Shown here piece after piece: positions 38,249-48,735 of a stretch of 64,000 nucleotides of DNA. Origin of the DNA: Squalus acanthias (taxonomy: Eukaryota); assembly GCA_030390025.1 (NCBI GenBank), contig CM059436.1, positions 39,246,001 to 39,310,000 on the forward strand, read 5' to 3'. Numbering within the stretch: the first letter of the stretch is position 1; each line of letters starts with the position of its first letter. Both the position numbers and the translations under genes were made by a program. Under the pieces are notes generated by a model. The model was not told the origin of the DNA, did no database searches, and was given only the letters and a program-made list of their open reading frames with translations.

Positions 38249-39152
38249 TCATAGAATCATAGAAAGTTACAGCACAGAAGGAGGCCATTTGGACCATTGT
38301 GTCTGCGCCGGTCGAAAGAGCTGTCCAGCCTAATCCCACTTTCCAACTCTTGGTCCATAGCCTTGCAGTTTACGGCACTTCAAGTGCATATGAATCAGTG
38401 AATCACTGAAAGTTAACATGCAGGTATAGCAAGCAATTAAGAAAGCAAATGGTATGTTGGCCTTTATTACAAGAGGATTTGAGTATAAGAGTAAAGATGT
38501 CTTACTGCAATTTTATAGGGCCCTGGTGAGACCACACCGGGAGTATTGTGTACAGTTTTGGTCTCCTTACCTAAGGAAGGATATACTTGCCATAGAGGGA
38601 GTGCAACAAAGGTTCACCAGACTGATTCCTGGGATGGGGGGATTGTCCTATGAGGAGAGATTGAGTAGACTAGGCCTATATTCTCTAGAGTTTAGAAGAA
38701 TGAGAGGTGATCTCATTGAAACATACAAAATTCTTACAGGACTTGACAGGGTAGATGCAGGGAGGATGTTTCCCCTGGCTGGGGAGTCTAGAACCAGGAG
38801 TCACAGTCTCAGAATAAGGGCTCGGCCATTTAGGACTGAGATGAGGAGAAATTTCTTCACTCAGAGGGTGGTGAATCTTTGGAATTCTCTACCACAGAGG
38901 GCTGTGGAGGCTCAGTCATTGAGTATATTCAAGACAGAGATCGATTGATTTTTGGATATTAAGGGAATCAAGGGATATGGGGATAGGGCGGGAAAGTGGA
39001 GTTGAGGTAGAAGATCAGCCATGATCTTATTGACTGGCGGAGCAGGCTCAAGGGGCCGAATGGCCTACTCCTGCTCCTATTTCTTATGTTCTATGTTCTT
39101 ATATCCAAATACTTTTAAATGTGATGAGGATTTCTGCCTCTACCACCCTGCA
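38249..39152 (-). mobile_element. CR1 3' tail (minus) split by a younger plus-strand HER1 copy
   Basis: catagaatcatagaaagttacagcacagaaggaggccattt...caagtgcatat, resuming atatccaaatacttttaaatg after 39100. Confidence 0.75.
38392..39100 (+). mobile_element. Young 5'-truncated HER1/CR1 LINE, ATAT TSD
   Basis: Uninterrupted 164-aa ORF 38454-38948 (LVRPHREYCVQFWSPY...LSYEERLSRLGLYSLEFRRMRGDLIETYKI...FFTQRVVNLWN); tail ttcttatgttctatgttctt; ATAT at 38388-38391 and 39101-39104. Confidence 0.95.
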
Positions 39153-39235
39153 GAAATTTAATATCATTGAATTTGAAAATATGGAAAGAATACAGAACCT
39201 ACATTCTGTAAGACTGCTCACTGCATTAGTTTTTC

Positions 39236-39390
39236 ATAGAATCATACAGCACAGAAGGAGGCCATTTGGCCCATCGTGCCTGTGCCAGCCCTTTGAAAGA
39301 GCTACCAATTAGTCCCACTCTCCTGCTCTTTCCCCATAGCCCTGCAATTTTTTCCTTTATAAGTATATATCCAATTCCCTTTTGAAAGTT
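39236..39390 (-). mobile_element. CR1 3' tail
   Basis: catagaatcatacagcacagaaggaggccatttggcccatc...ccccatagccctgc. Confidence 0.85.
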
Positions 39391-41012
39391 TTTGTGGCTA
39401 GATTTGGATCTGCCTGTTAACTAACATTTCTAGGCCTAATTATTTAACTACTGGGAATCAACAAATTAATTAATCAAATGTTTCAATATTCAACTAGTCC
39501 GTGTACCCATTGACCCAAGTGTGCACGAGGTCCGGTGACTCCATTCCAATCAAAATAAATGGCATCTTTAGTGCTGATGACTTAAAAAAATTGCAGCATT
39601 TTACTTCTGAGAATGACAGCTGAGAATATGTGAGCACTAAACGTTCAAAAAGAAATGTTCCCCTTATTCAGATTAAAACGATCAAGTTGATAACACAGAT
39701 AACATCGTTGCATTTGGGCATTATGGTCATTTCCATCCCTAAGGTGCTCATTACCAGCTTGAGTGATGTGGCCATAGTGCACTCCAGCATGATGATGATG
39801 ATGCTACATTTCAGTGATCAACCATGAAGCTTGTGCCAGGAATATGTTTAGGAATAGTTCCAGGCCAATTAAATAAACAAATCGTAAAGTGAATAGTTGA
39901 AAGGTCTAAAATAGATAAACATTGCCATGTTTTAACCTGTAAAGTGTTGTTCGTTTTTCCCCTTGTGATTTTGTGGTGCTTCCTCTTCATTAGGTAATTA
40001 AACATTAAGATACAACTAATATAAAGAATTGTTTTGTCTTCTTTGAGGAACTAGTAACCAAAAAATATATATTTCTTTTGGTGAAGGTATTAAGTTAAAT
40101 ATATATTTTAAGATTTTAGAGGGACCAGTTACCTTATTTTGAGCTCTGCAGTATTGCTTTCCTTGTTGGATTCTATTCTTTACCACATTACCTCACCACA
40201 TTAGCACTTGCATCTCCCTCAGATGGCATTCTGTTTCCATTCCATTCACAGTGGCCAAGGATCATATCACATAGGCACTTAGAAATACAATGCGCACTAC
40301 CCCTGAGAACACAATTGCTTTCACAGTCAAAAGTATTGATCAGCTCTATTTCTGGTTTTCCATTCAGTCAGAGCTTTTGCTCAGAGTTGGATTTTTTTCA
40401 TTAGGGAGGGGAGATTTAAATAAAACCTGGATATCTTAATTTCTTCCCTCCTCTCCATCTACAATTGTCTTAATGCTATTTTTAACAGATTTCATTGCTA
40501 TTGTTGATATATTTTGCAGTCTGCAAATGCTGACATAATCAGATATCATTTTTACTTAATCCGTGAAAATTATATTTTTTAGGAATTTGATTATTGAAAA
40601 GACCTTTTATTTTGATGAGAGTATTAAAAGTGTATTTTTTATTATGAGTTTTGGTTGAAGAATATAACAATTTGTGTGCTACTTTCGAGAAAAAAATACC
40701 CTCCACATAGTAGGTGATAACAGTGTGCAGAATTAGGTGGAATCGCACACAGAATGCCTATCCTAATAAGAATATTTTAGGTCAAAGACATGCAAAAATT
40801 ATATTGTCATGGAATTTGTTTTAAACCAGGTACAGTTTAATTTCAGTTATTGACCATGAGCGGTTTACAGAGGCCAAGCGGAGAGAATTCCTTCCACTAG
40901 CTGCCTTCATTATCGAAATGGACATTGTTTTTACAGCACTTCCTGGAAGTGGCTATTGCTTTTTTTTATTTTTAGGGGAATTATTTTGTTGGACAAATGA
41001 TCATGTTGTGGA

Positions 41013-41690
41013 ATGGGGGACCGGGAACCATTGTAGGTTAATGAGGCCAGGGATGATGGGTAAGCGGGACTTGGTGTGGGTTCTTCTCAGGCAGCAGAGT
41101 TCTGGATGAACTGAAGTTTACAAAGGGTGGAGGATCGGAGCGCATTGGAATAGTTGAGTCTGGAGGCGACAAAGGTTTCAATGAGGGTGTCAGTTGCAAA
41201 TTAGTTGAAGTAGAGGCAGAGGCAAGCATTTCAGTGCTGTGTGAGGGGCAGAAACCTGATTGGAGGAATTGAAACCGGGGACTTCAGGAGAGATGGGCAC
41301 AGATCTGGGAGACAACATGTGTAAGGATTTTGGAGAGGAAAGGGAGGTTGGAAATGCTTGGATAGTTTTTAAGTGCAGATGGGTTGAGGGTGAGCTTTTG
41401 AGGAGAGAGGTGATGTTGGCGGCCTTGAAAGGGAGGAGGACAGTGCCTGAGGAGGGGGAACTATTTACAATATTAGATTTCATGGGGGTCAGAAAAGGAA
41501 GTTTATTGGGAATGGGGTCAAGTGAATAAAAGATGGCTATCATGGACAAGATGAGCTCAGAGAGAAGGTGGGGAAAATAGGAGAGAAACCAGAAAAAGAT
41601 GGAGGTTTAGGTCTAGATCTGAGGGGACCTGAGGGAGATTTGGCTTGGCAGGCTGGAAGAGGGAGAAGCATAGAGAACACAAGCAATTGT
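41013..41690 (-). mobile_element. Old L2 LINE fragments (ORF2)
   Basis: tgtaggttaatgaggccagggatgatgggtaagcgggacttggtg aligns with the L2 at ~57110-57160; minus frame includes IVNSSPSSGTV..FKAANIT.LLK. Confidence 0.8.
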
Positions 41691-42244
41691 CATGTTTCTC
41701 CAGTTCTAACCTTAGTGTTATACAGGATGAACTCCGAAATGGAGTCGTCCATCTTCTTCATGGCTTTGGCTATTCTGAGTTCATTCTGTTTGATTCAAAG
41801 AGGGATTCAAAGGCTCACGGTTCAAAAAGATGCTATGCTGTCTGTTGCTTTCGATGAGGAACCTTACTTGAAACTGGTTGCATAGTTTTCAAAGAAGATG
41901 TGATCGTAATATCTGGAGTTGAACTTGAGTGTACAAACTCAAACTGGCGTGAGGTGGTTTCCTGGAGGAGTTTAAACTCCACATTGCTTCAGTGAGTTTG
42001 TGAGTCTTCTAATTATGCTGCCACTTTCACATTGCTGCATACCCAAAACTGCTTTAATAAATGTGAAAGTGTCAGTATGAATGTACCCTTAGACTGACTG
42101 TTTTCTGTAGCTGAACTGGAACAAATGTTTTAAAAACTGTAAGTGATGAGTTTCGGTTAGTGTGCAGAGACTCAGTGCATTATCTCGGGAGGTGCTAGTT
42201 TCCCATTGATATCGGAAGTCCATCCCACTGATTATGGACATAGG

Positions 42245-44000
42245 GGGCAGGATTTTCCCTGCGGAGGCGGGATGGCGGTGGGAGAGCTGGTTGGCGGGGT
42301 TCCGGTCCCGCTCCCGTCTGCAGCCGCTCTCTGAAAATGATTTTCCGTTGATTGGCCTTGTTAAGCCCGCCCTGCGGGGTTCCCGGCGAATTAATAGGAA
42401 GCGGGTCTGATGACGTCATTTGACGACGTGTCATCAGCCGGTTTCCTTACAGGGACCACGGCCACATTGAGTTTGACATTTGTGCTGTCAGTGTTCTATA
42501 GCATTGAGATGCTGCAAACACTGACAAGCACTGCACAAAGGTGCAGGGCTGCACCCAGGCTCTCGCATGACTCCCTCCATATGCTTATGGAGGGAGTCAC
42601 AGCACGCAGGGAGGTCCTCTTCCCTTCCCATGGGCGAAAGAGACCTCCCCAGGACACCAATGCAGTCTGGTTCCACATTGCACAGGAGGGCAAAAGCAGG
42701 GATGTCGTCAGGGGTCCCTGGCTGCAGTGGCGCCAACCTTTCAATGATCTCAGTGGATCATGAAACGTTACTGCAAAGCCACACTCAATCTCATTCTGCT
42801 GTGCCACTCATCACATCCCCATCACTCTGCCTTCCCTACCGTACTCCTGCACATCCTTACTCACACCAACTTACCTTGCACCTCCACCCATCCCTCTCTA
42901 TCTACATTATCACTTCCCCATCTCACTAGCCACCCCTCACACTCACCCTCATCCTAGTCCAATCATATCAACTAACCACACACAAGGGTAGGCACTTGGA
43001 TGTGTCATGCAATGTTCATGTAAATGTTCTGTTAATGTGTTGTCAAACATTGGAGTCTTTATTTTCAACACTTTGCCTTATTGTACAGATCTCTGTTCAC
43101 CTTTGGAAGTATCTTTGTGAGTTGCAGTGAATGGTTAGACATAACGGCACCCCCCGCAATGCTGATGAGTGTGAAAGGAATGGCTTGGTCATTGTAGGAA
43201 TGCTTTATGGTGATGGTGTGGGGTGCTGTTAACCTGGCACATCATGTGGCAGCCAGGGTGTACAGCATCAAGTGAAGTAAATCTGGCCATGGTGAGGCCA
43301 TCGCTGGCCTTCTGGGCAGCAATGTGGTCGGGTGCTGATGGCCTGTGTCCTGTGCAGCATCAGGTGATTGCGGAGAAGGTTGGTGTTGTTGTTGGTGATG
43401 TTGGTGTGCCTGGTGATGTTGGTGCTGGGGCTGATCGTGGAGGGATTCAGAGGACCAAGGTGAGATTTTTTCAAGGGCACCGATGTTGCTGGAATAGATG
43501 GCAGCTGAAGTTGAGATGGCAGAAGCGATCTGTCAATGGTGAGAGAGCTTGCTCCAAGGAGGTGACAGTGCATATAGAGTTCACAACACATATTTACAAC
43601 CTCAATACAGCTCAAATGTGTCTTCCAAATCCTGAAATCAGCAACTTCTGGCATTTGAAAATGAACTGATGTGAAAGGTTAGGTTTTATGCTGCAGTTGC
43701 AGCTGTGAACTATTCAGCTCGTTAGAAGACCCGATACACTCAGCTGGCATGTTTGCCAAACGACGTGAAACACGTTGAAAATGTGTGAAAATAGAAAAAG
43801 TCTGGCAAAATAGCAGTTAACAAGGAGTTAACAAGCTGTTAACTACCTTAAGTGCCTCTCCTGCCGCTTGGTGTCAGGTCTGTTCTGAAGTCGCAGACCC
43901 GGCACTTTGGAAACTGGCGTGGAGACACCGTCAATCATTTTGAATTTAACAGCTGACCCGCCTCCGAACTTGCCCTCTGAGCGCCGGCAAGATTGCGGCC
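42245..44000 (-). mobile_element. Non-autonomous Harbinger, inverted homologue of 36285-37851, with a Myb domain exon on +
   Basis: Ends gggcaggatttt / caagattgcggcc; flanks AGG/AGA. ORF 42410-42763 reads AAPRLSHDSLHMLMEGVTARREVLFP...WFHIAQE..SRDVVRGPWLQWRQPFNDL. An H/Q-rich stretch lies on - (~43370-43440). Confidence 0.9.
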
Positions 44001-44210
44001 AGAGTTTATAATAGGTGTCCAGATTTTCACCAAAAGTGGTTAAGTATTTTATTAACAAGAGTTTTGCTCCATTCAATTGCATTCGAGTAACACGTTTTCC
44101 ACTATCTTTGAGTTTAGCAGGTACTAGTGAATCATAAATTTGTCTGTTTAGATAGTGGTCATCTATCAAATAACTAGTTAGTAGCAAGGATCATCTTGAT
44201 TCTCACAGAA

Positions 44211-44447
44211 TTTTTTTTTATTCGTTCACGGGATGTGGGCATCGTTGGCAAGGCCAGCATTTATTGCCCATCCCTAATTGCCCTTGAACAACTGAGTGGC
44301 TTGCTGGACCATTTCAGAGGGCAGTTAAGAATCAACCACATTGCTGTGGGTCTGGAGTCACGTATAGGCCAGACCGGGTAAGGATGGCAGATTTCTTTCC
44401 CTAAAGGACATTCGTGAACCAGATGGGTTTTTACAACAATCCGGTAG
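44211..44447 (-). mobile_element. SINE 3' half (Meta-domain-like, tentative) with a CR1-type LINE-derived tail
   Basis: Reverse complement: tggttcacgaatgtcctttagggaaagaaatctgcc...gggcaattagggatgggcaataaatgctggccttgcc...gaataaaaaaaa; tail shared with the LINE at 48462-48735. Confidence 0.75.
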
Positions 44448-44777
44448 CTCCGATAGAATGCTGTCTAATATATTGATCCTAACTGGGTAGTGTGCCTGCC
44501 ATATCCCTGAGTTGTTGACTTCTGCTTAGGCTGCTAAAGAGAAGTACTAAGTGAATGCCAGGTATATCCCGACAGGGAAATGGGAAAGCAGTCAAGGACT
44601 ACATTTTACACACCAAGCAATTGTCTCAACTGCAGTGGAGGCTTGAGAGAACATCATCTGGCCACCTTATGGCCTGCAGTTGGTGTGTGGCCAGGGAAGA
44701 GCATGGTCTACAGCAGCAGCAGCATATGAGCAGTTGATCTCTCTTTGGATAATTTTTTATTTCTGGAGAAACCCCTT

Positions 44778-45456
44778 GGGCTGGATTTTCATTGACTCGT
44801 GGAGGCGGGTTTGGAGGCGTGTGGGGGGTTAAAATTGCGAAAACTGCCGGGCGGGCACAAGTCCGCCTCCATCCCGCCTCCACGCAATTTTCATTAAATC
44901 GTGTCTGCTGGTCCCGACTCCGTCCCGCCTTTAAGAGGCGGGATAGGTTGTTAAGGCCCTTAACAAGCACTAAATTGGCTCTATAATGCCATTTTGAAAG
45001 GCCTTTGTGATTTTAACCCTTGCTCTACGTGAAGCACACCTGTTCTGAACCACGATTGTGAAACCTGGCGGGAGCACATTTGGATATGGATAGTTGACGC
45101 TGGCTGGCTGTCTGGCTGGCTCATATATGGATGGATGTATATATGGATGGATGGAGAGGAGACATATCTGGGAGTGGTGGTGTAAAAATATCTGGGTGCA
45201 GACTTAGGACTGCTTCTGCTCATTTTGCAGGCCCTCTCACAGCAAAGGCCAGGCAGTGTTTGAAAACCTTCAATGCAGCAGCAATGATGACATCATCAGA
45301 GGCGACTTTCAGACTGAAAACACTAATTGGGTCATGGGTTCCCACATGCTGGAACTCAATTGCCCAATTAGGTAAAAATTGCATCAATCTCCCACATCCA
45401 ATTGCAGTCGGGTGGATAACACGACCCCAACCCGCCCCAGTATCAAAATCCAGCCC
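44778..45456. mobile_element. Harbinger-type MITE, perfect 12-bp TIR, CTT TSD
   Basis: gggctggatttt (44778-44789)/aaaatccagccc (45445-45456); CTT at 44775-44777 and 45457-45459. Confidence 0.92.
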
Positions 45457-45711
45457 CTTGTCTTTGCTTGTTGCTGACTCCCGATGAGTAAACTGAGATT
45501 GGGAGCTCACCATTTGAATAATTGTAGTTGTGAGCTGGTATTTTGCACACCAATGTGTCCTATGCTCACACTATTACTTTTGAGATATTTGTGCATATTG
45601 TAATGGAAAGACGGTTCCTGTCGAGTTTCCAAACCAATATTGACCAAAAATGGGGAATGGTAGGGCTAATGATGAGGTTTTAGCAACATCTTTGATCTTT
45701 TTAGTCTCTTT

Positions 45712-45870
45712 CATAACGGGGTTTCCGCCACACATTTGGCGAAGTTACGGTACGGAGCAGGAATAGTTCTGAGGATATGCCAGGCCATAGTTTCTGTCCG
45801 TGAATTACACTAATGTTCCTATGCCACGGAGCGACGGGTTATAGGACTTCCGCAATGATTCACCATATCT
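45712..45870. mobile_element. Probable degenerate MITE fragment (related piece at ~47612-47745)
   Basis: CpG-retaining ggggtttccgcc...aagttacggtacggag, echoed by aagttacggcaggag at ~47725; termini unclear. Confidence 0.3.
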
Positions 45871-46048
45871 CAAGATCCAAAATCTGATCCATGCTAGTAG
45901 ATGAAGGTACTAGATGGAAGCCTGATGCTTTCCCTCAAGGAACATGGAAGGAGACACTTTGATGCTGCCCCATTTTTAAACTTTTTCCCCCCACATTTTT
46001 GCAAGTTTATTTTTCATTTCCTTTTAACTTTTTAGTTTTAGTGTTAAT

Positions 46049-46420
46049 GGAGTAGAGTTTCTGCTTCAGGCGCAATCGGCAATCTGGGCGCAAATTGTGC
46101 TCAAAATTGCGCCTGTTTTCCGAATTGAATTTTTTGTTCAAGTTTCCGCTCAAATTCACTTGCATATTGGCGAACGTAAAATCTTCCATGAACCAGCGCA
46201 ATCGGGCAGCGTTTTCAAACCTAATTTTTTTTTTCTTGCATTAAAAAAATTCCTTGATATATTTAAGAGTGGTAACCTGGTGCAGTTTTATTACTACAGT
46301 TTAAAATGGGTTTAATCATTAAAAAAAAGCATTTTTAATCAGAGTGTCTAGTCCATCACCTGTGAGTAACTTGATTTTAAATAACTGAAAATGACTTTAA
46401 AGAAAATTGACAGAACCATT
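46049..46420. mobile_element. Harbinger-type MITE, left part; right end uncertain
   Basis: ggagtagagtttct terminus-like motif followed by a CpG-rich block (aggcgcaatcggc, gggcgcaaattg) in AT-rich context. Confidence 0.5.
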
Positions 46421-47390
46421 TACTAGTGTCATTGGTGTACAGTAGTCAGTTTCTTAGTAAATTAAATAGTTTTTCATATTTAATAGCTTTTAAAAGGTGT
46501 CTATTAGTGTCCTTGCACCTAAAAAAAAAAAGCTTATTTCTTTCTGTTTTTACACAATGTTCAAACTCTTTTTACCTGTTGCTATTTCCCCCATGTGATT
46601 CGTTTGTATTAGTACTTTTCTCTATTCTTTTCCCTATTTTTGTGAGTTCTCTGTATGATTATTTTCCCTCCTCTCCGTGTCTTTCAGTTGGAGTGCGATG
46701 AGACATTCAAAATTCCCAAAGATGCAAATGAGTCTTTTGGGAACTGCAGAAGCAGGGGAGCATTGGCAGCAGAGAATTGGGTAAAGTGTTTGTGAATGGA
46801 CCATTATCCAAGATAATAGTATCTAAGGTAGATGAGAAACAGAGAGGGGCCAGGAGTGCAGAACAGAGGAACTGATGAAAGAGGCTAGGGCTGGAGTTGT
46901 AGGAGTGAAGAGGTTAATGAGTGAGCTTAAGAATCAAGTAAGATGAGATATGTTTTGTGTTTCTTTAGTCATTCTCTTTTTTTCACTCCATTTGTAACAA
47001 AACTATATTAACTGATGGCGCACTCTTTTAACCATGGCTTGGAATGTGTATAGTGAGTCTGGTTTTCATGGTAGAGTTTCAAACCTAGCAATGTGAAAAG
47101 CGAAAATATCAAAATGACATTTTTCTTAAACTTTGAGACCAAGCAGCAGTGAGTTTAATTACTGTAGTCTTAAAAGTAAAACTAAGACTTCTAAAACTGC
47201 AGATATTTCAAAATAAAAGTGGAAAATATTTGGAGGGGGAACAAATTCATTGGCTCACTAACAATTTTTTTTATAAAGTGGGTAGATTTTTTTATGTATC
47301 TCCTGAGTTTAAAGATGCATTTCTAGTTTTTAATCCCTGATCTGCTACTGCCAAAAATTGGAAATAAGAAAAGAACTTGTGCTTGCATGT

Positions 47391-47492
47391 ACAACAGCGT
47401 CTACACTTCAAAACGACATCATTGACTGTGAAGTGCTTTGGGATGTCCTGAGGTCATGAACGATACTATATAAGTGCAAGTTCTTTCTTTCT
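47391..47492 (+). mobile_element. Deu-SINE/L2-type 3' tail, ATGT TSD
   Basis: acaacagcgtctacacttcaaaa...gtgctttgggatgtcctgaggtcatgaa...gcaagttctttctttct; ATGT at 47387-47390 and 47493-47496. Confidence 0.8.
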
Positions 47493-48461
47493 ATGTGTTT
47501 CTCTCTGGGGTGGGAATATATTACCTTTTTGATTTTTATCCTTTCCTTTCTGGTCTCCTTGGGCTACATATCTCCTAAAGTTGAAATGGCATGTGCATGA
47601 CCGACTCTTTAGCTGGTGAAATTTCCTCTGAACCTTCAGCTTCTCCCTTTCTTTTCCTGCTTCCTCGATTCTTCCTTCCAGTGACGTGACCTAGTTTACG
47701 CCCCTTTCAGTACTCTCTCACTTAAGTTACGGCAGGAGTGCACCGTAGGGTCCAAGGATTTTTGGGGACGTGGTCACCTCAATAATCTAATTCACCAAAC
47801 GTAACCAGTTATGCCCTCGTATATTGGCAGACTGGGTTTCTTTCTGGAATGGTTGTTTTACCCTTCGGCTGTTTGGCTTTGTGATTTGCTGGGGACGAAT
47901 TTTGTCTTCGTTGCCTGGGTGGTAATCTGGTGGAGGTGATCACCTGCCCTTTATAGAACCCACCCAATTTTCATTTTGTCATAAACCCAAAATATATGAA
48001 GCCTTTGCACAGAGCTTTTTAGTCTCGTGCCAAAAGTAATTTATTTGCTAAGAAGCTACAACCTAAAAGCATAAATTAAATAGCAGTGTAAAGTGAGCAG
48101 CAATATGTAAACTGTTCTTTACAATGTTTGATGGCAAGACATGACCATTTTTTGGTTCCATAAATGTAAGGTAACCGAATACCTCAAAATAGAGAAACCC
48201 CAGTCAGGGAGTTTTAGTTTTTGTCAATCTCAATTTTGTTTTTCAGTGGTGAAATGGGTATAAGTGTAGATTTACGGGTTGGCACAATGGCACTGGGTGT
48301 CAGAGTGCTAATGCTCAGAGCCATGGACTGCTGAATGAGTGCTCATTTTGTCTGCTCATTTCCCAATTTGAGTGTAGACAGTGGAGTTGTCCCACAGGGA
48401 GACATGGAGGGGCAGACAGAAAATTGGAAGAGAGACTTCAACAGCACCTCCTTCCCCTGTG

Positions 48462-48735
48462 ATCTCTACCACCAAGAAGGACGATAGCAGCAGTGTTGTG
48501 AAAACACTGCCATCTCAAGTTCTCCTCCAAATCACACACTTCCTGATTTTGGGCATATATCATTGTTCCTTGTTCTGGAATTCCCTGTCCCGCATCATTC
48601 TGGTAGGACCATCACCACAAAGACTGCAGTAGTTCAAGGAGAATGCCTACTGCTACCCTTTCAGGGCAGCCATGGATGGGCAATAAATGCAGCCTTGCCA
48701 GCATTGCCTATATCCTTGGAACAAATTAAAATAAA
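48462..48735 (+). mobile_element. Old CR1-clade LINE 3' end (probable partner of the SINE at 44211)
   Basis: ctctaccaccaagaaggac...ctggaattccct...gactgcagtagttcaagg...ggatgggcaataaatgcagccttgccagc...aaataaaa. Confidence 0.75.

Noticed and set aside
41727-41885. Plus-strand small ORF with a signal-peptide-like start (MESSIFFMALAILSSFCLI...)
   Set aside because: No promoter or Kozak support and no recognisable peptide family; it overlaps the minus-strand exon candidate.
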